Origin: Octopus sinensis
Lineage: Eukaryota
NCBI RefSeq assembly: GCF_006345805.1
Contig: NW_021832577.1
Location: 1-59,554, forward strand
Direction: 5' to 3'
DNA length: 59,554 nucleotides
Under the pieces are notes generated by a model. The model had not been told where the DNA came from, did no database searches, and was given only the letters and a program-made list of their open reading frames with translations. Position numbers and translations under genes: made by a program. Shown here piece after piece: positions 23,906-36,989 of this stretch. Position 1 is the first letter of the stretch. Every line of letters starts with the position of its first letter.

Positions 23906-24517
23906 TGTTGCTGTTATTAAGAGCAGGAAACCTGTAGGAATTGGGAGATACAAAAATTAATGGAAAAAATGCAAAGAGAGGCCTCAGGTGGATGAGGAGA
24001 CGTGTTAAGGACTGAAATTCGAGGACGATTTCATCCTCCTTAATTTGAGACAGTTGAAACGGTAATTTTCCTCAACAGAAAACCAATCATAATCCCCGCA
24101 GCAGTGCTCTTCCTTAAAAACCTACTGTAATTTTCTATTTCGTAGCTCTGATACACAGCAATCAATTTTAGATTGCATTTTTATAACATCGCTTAACACT
24201 TCCCCAATCATGATTCCAAAATCTTTACCAAAACTCTTGAAGATTTACATAGTTACTATTGACAAATTAAGAGCATTTTTTTTTCTTTTCTTTTTCTTTA
24301 ACGAATGAAATAGTTTTGAACAGTATTGGAGTTATATTAAGTTGCAGTTTGTTGGAGGAGGGTGACATACAGGTAATACTGTTTCCGGTTTCGTTTCAAT
24401 CATTAATAGGTGCAATGAATGGCGTGCGATATGAAGAAGCGTCAACATAAAATATCTTCAAGTATTTATTGAATCCACAACAATATTGCAGCAAATGTGT
24501 AATGGAATATAAAAGTA

Positions 24518-24887
24518 CAGGGTAATTCAAAAGTCTCCATACATAGGAAAAAATTAATTTTTTTATAAGAAACGGTTTATAAGACCCCCTAGATCCCCTG
24601 ATCTGACCCCTCTTGATTTCTATCTTTGGGGGCATTTGAAAGGCATGGTGTATCGCGGAAAGATAAAAGACATAAATTATTTGAAGGAATGCGTCACCAA
24701 TTCCTTTGCACACGTATCACCAGGTGTGCTATTACGAGTTCACAAAGAGTGGGATAAACGTATTGCAATGTGTATTCAAAGCAATGGTAGCCATACAGAG
24801 CCTGTTAAATAAAAAAACTGTTCTTACGAACTGTTCCTTATAAAAAGATAAATTGTTCCTATGTATGACAACTCTTTAATCACCCTG
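24518..24887 (+). mobile_element. Internally deleted Tc1/mariner-superfamily transposon (DDxD type)
   Basis: ~65 bp imperfect TIRs (cagggtaattcaaaagt... / ...actctttaatcaccctg) flanked by TA on both sides. 24585-24812 encodes PPRSPDLTPLDFYLWGHLKGMVYRGKIKDINYLKECVTNSFAHVSPGVLLRVHKEWDKRIAMCIQSNGSHTEPVK*, the transposase C-terminus. Confidence 0.92.
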
Positions 24888-25847
24888 TACATTGCAATCA
24901 TGGTTCTAAACATTATCGTTATATGAGATTCTCAAAGATTATAGGTGCAGGAATGGCGATGTGGTTAAAAACTGGTGCAGCCAAGGAAATTTATTTAGAA
25001 ATTCACAATCACGTACTGCTGAAATATTCCTTAAGGAATATATATATAAATTTTAACATATTCCTTTAACTTAACCTTCCTTTATTAATACCAATAATTA
25101 CCATTTAATAAATAATTATAAATATATGTTAAGTTAGTATTTAAATATGTAACTATAGAATTATTTCTATATTTTCTGTCCCTCTATTGTGTAAAATTTT
25201 TGAGATATACTGAAAGTATTCAGAAATATTCTTCTTGGTGTTCTTAAGATTGATTCTATAATGTATCTGGGTATAAACAAATAACATTGTTTTATAGTAG
25301 GTAAATGTACTGCTATTATATGAAATCATTCTCCCTGTCCCATAAGCAGCGGTCTACAAAATTAGCAGCTAAAATCTTGTCAGGTATATTCTTACTGAAC
25401 CAAATGACTTTGCTTAAAAGAAATCTTTATTTATGAATCTGCCACTTAAATTGTCTATCTATTTTGCCCTATTCATAAAGGATACTACACTCTCTCGCCT
25501 CTTCGATTTGATAATCTAGTCTATAAATTAAAACTGACCCCAACCCCAATTAGTAAATCTAAATAACAAAAATAATCAGTGATAAGCAGTGTCTTTTTGA
25601 AAAAATCTCAGTTACAACTGTGATGTTGCTGGTAAAACATGATCTTTGTCTAACTCCTTATCCCCTTTGTGATTTTGAATAAAAAATTATACAAATGAGT
25701 CCTTCGGATTTAATTTCTATATTTTTATGCAGCTGAAGATTGCTCTACATTTTTAATTGATGTAATATTTGCAATCTTCAATTAAATGGAATCGCGTGAA
25801 ACGTTCGTACTGCATTACCTGTGGATATTCTGTCTGCTTAATTTGAG

Positions 25848-25904
<57 letters not shown>

Positions 25905-25929
25905 AGAAAGAGAGAGAGAGAGAGAGAGA

Positions 25930-26046
25930 GACGGGCTTCTCTCAGTTGCGGCCTGAGACATTTGCCCAAAGTGTCATACCATGGGACTCATCTCGGACCA
26001 TGTGGTTGGGAAGCATGCTACTTACCACTCAGCCACGCCTGCGCCT
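25930..26046 (-). mobile_element. OR-type SINE head (minus strand), followed by a degenerate plus-strand OR tail to ~26400
   Basis: Reverse complement of ggcgcaggcgtggctgagtggtaagtagcatgcttcccaaccacatggtccgag. Confidence 0.8.
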
Positions 26047-27375
26047 TTATACGTATGTATGTATGTATATTCGTACGTATGTGTGTGTGTGCGCGTGCGT
26101 GTGCATGTATGTGCTGTTGAGTGTATATCTTTGTGTTTGTCCACCCCACAGCTTGTCAACAACTGAACCGGTGTACCTTTCCTTATGTCCCTTTAACACA
26201 GTTGTGCGACAAACGACAACGATGGGACAAGCACGAGGCGAGACATAAGAAATGGAGTCGAATTCTTCGACTAGACAGTGAGTGAAAGTACCCCAAAATG
26301 AAAGTGAAAGTACCCCAGAGTGAGAGTACCCCAGCATGGCTGCTGTCCAATGATTTGAACAAAGAGAAAAATAAAAGATTCGGAATAAATAAAAATTGTT
26401 CGAACGCTCAGTCAGAGAATAGAAGCTACACACCAATTTGGAAACGTCTAGTTGTGAATAATATTAGACACCGATATTGATACGTCTATCCATGTCCAAT
26501 GCTAGAGCATCAATACTGGTACCTGTATGTGGATAGTATTTTAAACATTTTTCCTCTTCGAATGAATCTTTTCGCTAAGCAAGTCTCAAGTACTGGGATG
26601 AATTATGTATTTTGAACATCAACCAATATTTATATGATACATAGCAATAAGGCTGGTCATTCAAAATGCTACAAACACACTACGTTATACTGGAGAAAAT
26701 ATACTACAAAAGATCTTAAAGCTGTCAGGCTCAATATATTATATTCTTCAGAGATATCATCAAATTATTTGCTGCAAAAAACAGCGCCTACAATGATCCG
26801 TTAATCAAGACGAATGATAACAGACAAGTATATGCACGACACACATCTATTTCTTATTTTCCTTTTTCTCTCAAATATATCAGATAAACGTTATTGACAT
26901 TCGATTAGCGATCACACCGGACGAATTTTCTAATACATTTCTAAAGTACATGCAGCTATTATGAAGAAAATCTCACCAACTTTCGTTGCAAAGAACGATG
27001 TGTTAAAAAGGAAGAAAAGGAAAGAAACGGAGAGAATTCTTAAGATGCGTCTTCAAAGAAAAGGACGTTATTAATTATTTTCCTTAGAATTCAATAGAAA
27101 AAAAAAACCAAAACTGTCTCCAGTTTGGACGGCTTCCTCTAATGTTGTTATAGAATTATGGCCGAAATGTATCACGAGGGATTGATCTGTTGCATAATAA
27201 GTATATGTGTGAAGGTTTAAGAATAAATGCATAGGATATCATGTGGCAAGTGCACAATAAAATATGGGATATGTCTACATATGCATATATGTGTGTGTGC
27301 GTGTGCGAGCGCGTGTGCGTGCATGTGTGTGTATGAACGTATGTATAAATAAGTGTGTGAATGTGTTTGTATGCT

Positions 27376-27409
<34 letters not shown>

Positions 27410-27410
27410 C

Positions 27411-27451
<41 letters not shown>

Positions 27452-27602
27452 ATATACACAACAAATATATTATGCAAATAATTATATATTTATACATAAT
27501 GCATTACTTCTATATGTATACACAAATGTATTATACAAATATATTATATGTATATATATATATATATGTATGTACGTGTATATATATATATATAATATAT
27601 AT

Positions 27603-27644
<42 letters not shown>

Positions 27645-28510
27645 ATATATATATGCACGTTATTATGTGAGCGGTATGTCTATGCGTGTATGCATATGCG
27701 GTTGTGTGTTTGCGCGCTCGCTTGTGTGTAAATATACAAAGCATGATCATGTTATGAAAGCATCGAAAGAAAAACATTGAAATCTCTCTCGACAAAGCAG
27801 AAATACTCGGACAGTAAACGGTTAATAATAACGACGATGTTTGCCGACATTAGAATAAGGAACGGTGACGCTTGAAGATACTCAATTTGTTTTGAATATC
27901 TGCATCAGACAAACATTGTTAAAAGCAATATCTCATATCAGATGCCGTAGACTACGAATGCCATGCATATATTCTCTCCATTCTCTGCTTATAATATTTT
28001 CACATGCAGTTAGTACTATCTGATGTAGTATTAATGATTATGAAAATTTTCAGTCACAAATAATTCCTTTCCATCTTCACAAGGTCCCAGATTTGGAGCA
28101 GAATTTTGCATTGGAAGATCAAGTCCCCTCTACTTCTTTTATCTACTTGAAAATTGCAATGAACGGCAAGGTTTATCATTTGGAATTTTACTTAAATACG
28201 ATGGATGAAACTGAGGAATACAAGACGGTTTGTCTCATGTTTGGACATTTTGGGTTGCATATGTATCTGTGCGCTTAAAGTGCTTTGGGCATTTTATGGC
28301 TGATGAAGTCGTATTTAGGTGAGTGAATTTATGGACGACTCTGAGTATGTGACTAATAAATATCTGCGGGTCCCGTCTCTCCTCATATCAAACGTACCAT
28401 ACTTAATTCCTCTATCAAGGGAGAAAATGTGTGAGAAAAGTCGAACCAAGAAACATCTTAAGTTTTGGCGATAATCAACGTAAAACAGTGTATTGTAAGG
28501 CAGGGACAAA

Positions 28511-28620
28511 TACGAGGCTGAGTCAAAAAGTAATGAACATTTTGTTTCGGACAGGTATAATTACCAACACAGGAACATGTATCATACATCAAAATGAAGC
28601 TGAACTCTGTGGATCATATC
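28511..28620 (+). mobile_element. Possible mariner-type left end
   Basis: TA followed by cgaggctgagtcaaaaagtaatg resembles mariner TIR starts (TA-CGAGG...TCAAAAAGTA). I found no convincing right TIR; ttactcagcccg at ~29051 is only a weak candidate. Confidence 0.35.
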
Positions 28621-29390
28621 CCTACTTCTGAAGAATAAGCTATATAGCTTAACGTGCATATGCTGTGAGAAAGCTGTGATAAGATATTATTTCCCTTGAG
28701 AAGGCATCTCTTAAAGACGTACAGAAGTTTCACTATACGTAACGGATGAAAACTATCCTGCAGCAGAGATCCCTGTATTTCACCGTACATGGACGTCCGC
28801 AGTAGAAGGTATCTAATATCAAATGTACGCGTAGAAAAAGTGCTTGAGGAATTCCACCCACGTCGCTTGACACTTTTTGTCTGTTGTTGATACTATGTGT
28901 GTGTGTCTTTTAGCAATATACGTCTATAAGTGACGCCTTCTCGAATCAAATAGCGCAAAATTACTCCTGGCTCAAGGCATACCCACGTTAACGGAGATAA
29001 AGAGATTGCTATTCGTAACTAATAGTGTTTTCAGTACTAATAATGGATTTTTACTCAGCCCGTCAGCTATAATACTGGTGATTTATTAATCAATATTTTC
29101 TATATCAAGAGAAACGATATTTGCCTCATAATGCAGTTGATACCATTTCTACAACCAGCCTATACTGAAACTTCTGAGCTCTACAACACTATACGTCTAT
29201 AAGTGGTGCTTTCTCAATACCAAGACCTCACTATTACGGCTTTCTCGCTGTATATCTACGTTGAGTATGGTATACAGATTTATAATCTATATATCTACCT
29301 ATCTATCTATATTTCTGCCTGTCTGTCTATCTGTTTGTTTGTTTCTATACATATATATACACACACACATATGCAGGTAAATATATATGC

Positions 29391-29462
<72 letters not shown>

Positions 29463-30105
29463 GATAGATAGATAGATTCAGATGAATAGGGTACTTAAGC
29501 TGAGGCTCAAGAGTTTTGTACGGTATTATCCATATAAAGATGATTAAAATCAAAATAAGCAACAAGAGTATATAGAGGTAATGCAGTACGATCGTTTCAT
29601 GCAACTCCATTTAATTAAACCATGAACTCATGCGACCAACTGGCGCGAACGTTTCGAGCATGCGCATAAGGAATGCAGTCACCTCCCACGAAAAGGATTT
29701 TCTCATATGACATAAGATTTAGCGGGGAAATACAAAGTCGTATATTCGTTTAACGACACACTATATATATCTGTGTGTGCGTGTGTGTGATTCTGTGCGT
29801 GTGACTCTGTGTGTTTGAGTGTGAGTGTATGTGTATATATATGTATGCATATGTCTATATGTATTTGTATATATGTTTATATGCATGTATATATATATAT
29901 ACATATTTATATATATTATATATATACACATATGTGCATGCATATATATATGTATATGTCTATATGTATTTGTATATATATTTATATGCATGTATGTATA
30001 TATATATACATGCATCGGATATATATATATATATATATTATGTATATACACATATAGGTACGTATGTAGATAGATAGATAGATAGATACATAGTTAAATA
30101 GATAG

Positions 30106-30158
<53 letters not shown>

Positions 30159-30805
30159 TGTATTTATGTATGTTTGTGCATGTAATTTCAGAAGGAAAGA
30201 GAGAGAGAAAGAGAGGGAGAGAGAGAGAAATGAGGCAGAGAGAAAGAGCGATTCCATTGCGTAATTTTTAACACAAATAACCAAATAAAATAAATTAGTT
30301 ATGTAACGACTCTGTTTTTCTTTTTGCAACACAACCTATAGTTTAATAATAGTATGCATTACTATGCATGCACCATCATAATTGGTTATGAAATACAGTA
30401 GTTTTGTATTCGCATCACTAATGTTCCTTTGAAAAGCACGAAATCACGCGATCTTATTTCCTTTTTCCATGTAAATATTAAATGTTGCGCATATGTAAAT
30501 CAATACCATAGCTAAAAATCGAAATCTGATGTTATGGAAAATTATAGACAAAACGCTGCTAGATTCGAACTCTGCAAATTTTAAGTAATATTGCTTTTAA
30601 GACCCATCCTTCAATTAATTTTTTCCTCTCTCCAACCACGACATTCTAACTTAGGGGTTTTTCCGTTTGTGCGGTTTCAATATTTTATATTTTCTCATAG
30701 CTTATTTTTGATTAATTCCTCATTAAATGTAAAAGCGATCTGCATTGACAGGACATCCGAATATTGCATTTTTGGTTTAGGAACTCATCCCCTAACGATA
30801 TAAGT

Positions 30806-31110
30806 GGAAGGGGCATGGCTCAGTGGTTAGAGCATCGGACTCATAGTCGTTCAGGTTGTGAGATCGATTCCCGGACCGGGCTGTATGCTGTATTCTTCAG
30901 CAAGACTCTTTTTTTCCCGTTGCTCCTTTTCACTCAGCTATACAGATGAGCTGGGACGTTACTGATGCCAAACTGTATCACCCTTTGCCCTTCCCTTGGA
31001 CAACATCGCTAATGTGGAGAGGAAATGCTGGTGTGCATGGGCGACTGTTGATCTTCCACAAACAACTTTGCCGGACTTCTGCCTCGAAGAGGAACTTTAT
31101 AGGCCACGCG
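30806..31110 (+). mobile_element. tRNA-derived SINE with CORE-like domain
   Basis: gcatggctcagtggttagagcatcggactc...gagatcgattcccggacc head; gtattcttcagcaagactc...ttgctccttttcactcagct CORE-like block. Confidence 0.75.
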
Positions 31111-31409
31111 CCTCCACTGTGAGTTAAAGAAGTGAGGCAGAAAACTTGGGAATATCCATCGGATCTTATTGTCAAAGTTTCGTCTCCTTGACTCTCCCTG
31201 AGGATTCCAATAAGTGTATTTTACCCATGGAGTACTGAGCCACTTACGAATTCCCAATTGACCACACAACTGCATACTCATCGTCGAAACAGACGGAAGA
31301 CCATTCGATTGATCAGTTTTTTATGTACTTTGCATACATATATGACATAGTTTCAAGTTACGAGTCGATTCTACTGGTGATGTCCGGAGTTCAGGCAGAT
31401 CGCAAAATA

Positions 31410-31628
31410 TCCATTTCTACTGTAGGCTCAAGGCTCGAAATTTTGGGGGCCTGGGAGCCCGTCGATTAGATCGACCCCAGTACGCAACTGGTACTTAATT
31501 TATCGACCACGAAAGGATGAAAGGCAAAGTCGACCTCGGCGGAATTTGAACTCAGCACGTAAAGACAGACGAAATACTTCTAAACATTTCGCCCGGCGCG
31601 CTAACATTTCTTACAGCTCGCCGCCTTA
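31410..31628 (-). mobile_element. OK-type SINE monomer (alternative tail)
   Basis: Reverse complement of the OK head and body; exact 14 bp TSD cagatcgcaaaata at 31396-31409 and 31629-31642. Confidence 0.92.
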
Positions 31629-32820
31629 CAGATCGCAAAATAGCATTAGCAAAAGAACTAAATAAATACTATATCTACAGCATATTTTCAAAAACCAGGA
31701 CAGTATTCTGGATAATTATAATTTTATTAAGAGCAACACATTACAGATTTTTTTATTTATTTTGCTTTTCTAATTTTTAATTCAAGTACTTGATAAATAA
31801 AGATATGTTTTCGACTTGCCACCGAAATCTAATATAACGTTGACGTGACAGAATCTTAATAAATACAATAATGTGACACTAACGTTTTTGAAAAGAGCTT
31901 TCGAGGCTGTAAACAGTATTGAAAGGAACCGGTGTCATTCGAGAAGTAAATCGAATCAATGGAATTCTGTCAACAGGTTCTTAACGGAACTTGCGATATA
32001 GAATCGCTGTTGTCATTTGTTATGCTTTGATTGCAACTTGTAATTGTTGCAGTTACTGGATGCTGACTAAAGTAAATATTGATACAGACAGACACCAAAT
32101 AAACTGATTGTATGCAGAGTTAATTACTAGAGCAACAGCTAAATGCTGTTACTGTCACGGTGGCTATAGGTAATTACACCAGCAGCAGCAGTAGCCGCAG
32201 CAGCAGCAGCGAATACGTTGAATCACATACCAGCAAAATAATGATTGCAATAGTAATATACAGAGAAACACTCACACACACACACATACACACAAATACA
32301 CACACACATAGTCACATATATACATATATATACTCGTATGTCTGTGGATGTACGTATGTATATGCATGTGTGTGTATATATGTATGAAAGTGTATGTGTG
32401 TCTGCGTGTGTACGCGTGTGTTTATACATACACACACACACACACACACATATATATATCATGAGTTAAACAGGCAGGTAGAAAGATAGATTCATACATA
32501 TGTATATCTATATACATACATATGTACATACATGCATACATACACACACATACACACACATATATATCATTAGTTAGATAGGCAGGTAGATAGATAGATT
32601 CATACTTAAGTATATATATACATACATAAAACAAAACATACAGATCTGTCGCATATACATACAAAAATACCCTGTTATTGATTGAAATTCCAATAAAGGC
32701 GCCTTGAATCTAGGTTAGAAACCGGCTCTTTCTCTATTGGCAAGAAATCTTGAAATAAACTGAACAATTACATGCATACATACATACATACATACATATA
32801 TACATACATACATACATACA

Positions 32821-32851
<31 letters not shown>

Positions 32852-33832
32852 GTACATATGGACACCAACGTCTGTGCAAATGCGAGTGTGTTTTGTGTAT
32901 ATTTTAACGAAATAATACGATTTCGATTTTCATTGCAGCTGCTCACATGCGTCTTTAGTTAATTACGAAACCAAAGCATCTACTACTGTACCTATAGTTA
33001 TTTAATAAGAGCAACAAAAAAAAAAGAAAAGAAAACATTGATTCAACCAATGAACAACAAGAACGCATTGATTGCGATGCTAACAAAAATCTAAGTCTGT
33101 TTTCGCTTGTAGAACTCTTCTATAGATCAAAGTTTCTTGGCTGCAACAACCAAACTTTCTTGTAAAATTTCGCGAAGTAATTCCAATATTCCACACATTC
33201 TCTTGCTTTCTGACTATTAACTTTTACAAATCACACAAATCGCTTAAATTTTGAAGATGGAACAAATTAAGACCAAACAAAAACCAAAACCAAAAACAAG
33301 ACTTGGAAAAAAAAATCGAAAAACGAAAATGGAGTCGGCATTCGTTGTCTGGTACCTCCATTATGCATTCAAAAGTGATTTAGTCAAACAATAAAGTTAC
33401 TATCGATTATAAGGTTTGGCTAGACGGCGTTTCTTTGATAAAATCGTTTGGTAATGTCGTAGTGTACTCTTTAACCTCAACCGAAGTAACAATATATCGA
33501 TTAGTTCGCTAATTAAAGCAGAAAATTCCCGTAAGATGTTCATAGTACATGAACAGATGATGAAAATTACAGTAATCTTACCTTTATTTTTTTTTTTAAT
33601 TAATAATGCAAAAGAAAGAAGCAGATGACACAACATTATGAATAATTCATGATAATGTATACAACACATAATAAATTAAAAGCCGACACTTTTAGTGTGC
33701 TCTATCGGCAAGAATGTTAATTAGTTCTGTTAAGTTTGTATGCTATATGAAGAATAAGGAATCCGATGGTTCGCAACTGAGTCTTCTCTAATACAGTTCT
33801 ATATTTAAGAGATGCGGTATTATGTATATTAC

Positions 33833-34413
33833 TTACATTATTTACATTTGATGGATATTTGTGCTCATCTTGTTTGTTGTTAACATAAGGAACTTTCCCC
33901 AAGACACCTGATGAAGGCTGGAGGGTATATATTTCTTTACTATCCCCAAGGGGCTAAACACAGAGGGGAGAAACTAGGATTAAGTCGATTACATCGACCC
34001 CAGTGCGTAACTGGTACTTAATTTATCGACCCCGAAATGATGAAAGGTAAAGTCGACGTCGGTGGAATTTGAACTCAGAACGTAACGGCAGACGAAATAC
34101 CTATTTCTTTACTACCCAAAAGGGGCTAAACACAGAGGGGACAAACAAAGACAGAAAAAGGGATTAAGTCGATTACAACGGACCCAGTGCATAACTGGTA
34201 CTTAATTTATCGACTCCGAACGGATGAAAGGCAAAGTCGACCTCGGCGAAATTTGAACTCAGAACATAACAGCAGACGAAATACGGCTACGCATTTCGTC
34301 CGGCGTGCTAACGTTTCTGCCAGCTTGCATATCAGCCGAAACGTTGTGTCAGCAACAAACAAGACGAGGACAAATATCCATCAAATATGTAAATAATGTA
34401 AATAATGTAAATA
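33833..34413. mobile_element. Hammerhead-bearing element, locus B (short inverted arm; ribozyme split by a SINE)
   Basis: Inverted arm 33833-33885. On +, gacac ctgatga a ggctg gagggtatat (33903-33930) resumes at atat cagcc gaaac gtt gtgtc (34329-34350). Tail (aatgtaaat)n. Confidence 0.85.
33931..34328 (-). mobile_element. OK-type SINE dimer inserted in hammerhead loop II
   Basis: Two body units with the same gaaatag|gtatttcg junction (~34100); atat is duplicated at the insertion site. Confidence 0.9.
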
Positions 34414-34499
34414 AAGAGCCTTCCCTGTTTCGTTGGATGTCAAAATTTTGTTTTGCGTTATGAAGAATAGTCATTTTCCGAAATGTTAGGTTCTTCCTC

Positions 34500-34860
34500 T
34501 CCATCTTGCATACGAACAACCCGAATGAAACATGTATCATCTCCTACATGTAGCAGATTTGCACATGGAACAATATATGTTTGTAGAAGTTGTGCGCTAG
34601 AAGTTTGGGGCAATATGGTGCAGTGAGTTAGCGTATGTTTCTTCGACGGTGAATGCATTTAAAATCCTCCGGTTCTTTGTGGTTGGTTGATATGGAGCTT
34701 TTAAAAGGGAGGTTGCCAAGGTTCGTGTTGTATGAAAGATCGGCGTGGTTGTGGCAACCGGAAAAAGAATTAAGTAGTTACGGAATAGTGTGTGTTTCAA
34801 TAGGAAGCGGATGCGTGGACGTTCAAGAATATGGAATTCAAAGTGTGTAGGTGTGCTCAA
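34500..34860 (+). mobile_element. Possible highly degenerate L1/Tx1 ORF2 C-terminal remnant
   Basis: Fragments SPTCSRFAHGTIYVCRSCALEVW and GVVVATGKRIK*LRNSVCFNRK loosely resemble the zinc-knuckle and IWxxRNxxxF motifs; there are many stops. Confidence 0.3.
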
Positions 34861-35834
34861 AGTAGTCTGAACAATATTCGATCACCCACTTTCGTTTTAA
34901 TCTCTACCATGTATTTGGCAGGAAACGCATGTCAGAAAGGAATCTAATTCCATTGCTCTTCCCATATTAAAGTGAAAGAGGTCAGAAGGCTGGACTAGGC
35001 TGAATGAAAAGTGATAAAAAACCAGCTACAAATTAGCTGTTAATGAATCTCTATTGGTTCGTAGTGTTTTCTGGACAGATAAATGGAGTTTGACAGATAA
35101 AATTTACTTGGTTTATCTTTTAGAAACTCCTGTGAAAAACCGTTGCAGGCAATTTCAAAAGTGGTCAGACTCAATAGTTTTGATTATCTAAATGGTAGAT
35201 TATCTCTTTTAGATTTATATTTGAAATCTTTGGCGTTGTCCCAAAAGCCTAAAAGATGGAATGTGGCAGAATTTGTTGTGAATCAAAGTATATTTAATAT
35301 ATTTCAATACTTTTTTTTCATATTTTATATCTCTTTACGTTCAAACCTTGTCTGAAAGGACTTTGCTTTCCATTTATCAGATTTTGGTGAAATAAATACC
35401 AGGTAAGTAGTGGAGTTAATGTAATTGCTTAAGATCTTCCTCTTTATGCAACCGTATTTTAAGTTAGTATTCACAATTCTACACTGTTTCAAATCAGAAC
35501 GCATATTACAAACTGCAGCAAAACAGAGTAATCTGTAAAACATGTACCCTCTCTCTCTCTTTCTCTCTTCCTTCTCTCCACCCCCGGAAAAATCCTCGTT
35601 GCTACAGTGGAAAGAATTTAGATCTTTCTCAGTTCAAAGATTTAAATTGTGTGCAAACTTATGAGTACATTATTTTGGAAAGAAAACAGAAAATGAACAC
35701 AACAATTACTTGATATATTTTTTTAAGATTATAAAACGTGACGTCGAATATCAACGGATATTATTTATGTCAAAGACGTTGCTGCAACAAGATTCCCGCA
35801 AAGCTTGCACAACCTTTAGTACACCAGGCTTTTA

Positions 35835-36010
35835 ACGCTTAGCAGTATTTCGTTCGTCTTTATGTCCTGAGTTCAGTTCCGCCGAGGTCAACGTTTTTTT
35901 TTCATCCTTTCGGGGTCGATAAAATATGTACCAATCTAGCACTGGGGCCGATTTAATCGACTTAACCACATGCCCGAAATTGCTGGCCTTGAGCCAAAAT
36001 TTGGACCCAA
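35835..36010 (+). mobile_element. 5'-truncated OK-type SINE
   Basis: gtatttcgttcgtc...ctgagttcagttccgccgaggtcaac...ttcatcctttcggggtcgataaaat. Confidence 0.85.
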
Positions 36011-36234
36011 TATTACTTCCAAGAAATTTTGGGTACTTCTTGATTTATTCACCCCCATTAAAAGATTGCCATTAAGACACTGGGTTATCTCCCCACTAAA
36101 ATATTGGGTTTATGTGGCGACAAGAGATTGAATTAAAAGGGTTAGATCCTTTTGATTCAATACTTCAACACATTGGTGACGTTTGGCCCCCTTAATAAGC
36201 ATGCTAGGATTTGTTGTAAAAATATTATTACGAG

Positions 36235-36635
36235 TGACTGTGTGGTATCTTGCTTACGAACCGCATGGTTCCGGGTTCAGTCACATTACGTGGTACCTTC
36301 GGCACGTGTCTTTTACTCTAGCTTCGAGCCGACCAAAGCCTTGTGAGTGGATTTGGTAGGCGGAAACTGAAAGAAGCACGTCGTATATATGTATATGTAT
36401 ATATGTGTGTGTGTGTTTGTGTGTCTGAGTTTGTACCCCCAGCATCACTTGACAACAGATGCTGGGGTGTTAACGTCCGCATAACTTCGCGGTTCGGCAA
36501 AAGAGCACGATAGGATTAGAACTAGGCTTACAAAGAATAAAGTCCTAGGGTCGACTAGCTAAACTAAAGGCGGTGCTCCAGCAGGCCGCTGTCAAATGAC
36601 TGAAACAAGTAAAAGTGTAAAAGAGTAAAAGAGAG
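36235..36635 (+). mobile_element. OR-type SINE
   Basis: Head, CORE-like block, internal microsatellite and gtaaaagag tail as in the other copies. Confidence 0.9.
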
Positions 36636-36989
36636 TCAACAAGATGCTTAATGTTTTCGCTTTTCCCGTTTATTAATTTTTTTCATGTTTTGTTTTGTTT
36701 TATTGAGGGTTAAACAGTTTTTTTTTAATTGTGGGAGATAACCGATTTATTTTTAATGGGGGTTAGATAACCAAAAGGTGTGCAAATATGCACTACCGAA
36801 ATAATTGTTTATGGGGATGTAAAGCTTGTATGTGGTTAGTAGAAATGCTTGAAATGACAGTCAAATCTCTCTCAAAAATGTTAGTTTCATCTTTGAAATA
36901 TTCCTTAGGGCATAAAGGAATCTGAAGAAAAAAATTGATTGGCATGGATGGAACTACTACCGCTTTTGAATAGAGTTAACCTAGTGCAA

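Noticed and set aside
23935-24065. KING... and LKFEDDFILL, resembling an RT YADD region
   Set aside because: Motifs lie in different frames with stops; too short to support.
28300-28345. CUGAUGAA-GUCGU...ACGAC hammerhead half; also ATGGCTGATGAAGTCGTATTTAG|gtgagt
   Set aside because: No GAAA after stem II. The possible MADEVVF start exon has a poor Kozak context and no supporting partner exon.
34420-34860. Minus-strand reading as a Penelope GIY-YIG remnant next to hammerhead locus B
   Set aside because: Similarity is too vague, the orientation is antisense to the ribozyme, and the plus strand fits an L1-like remnant at least as well.
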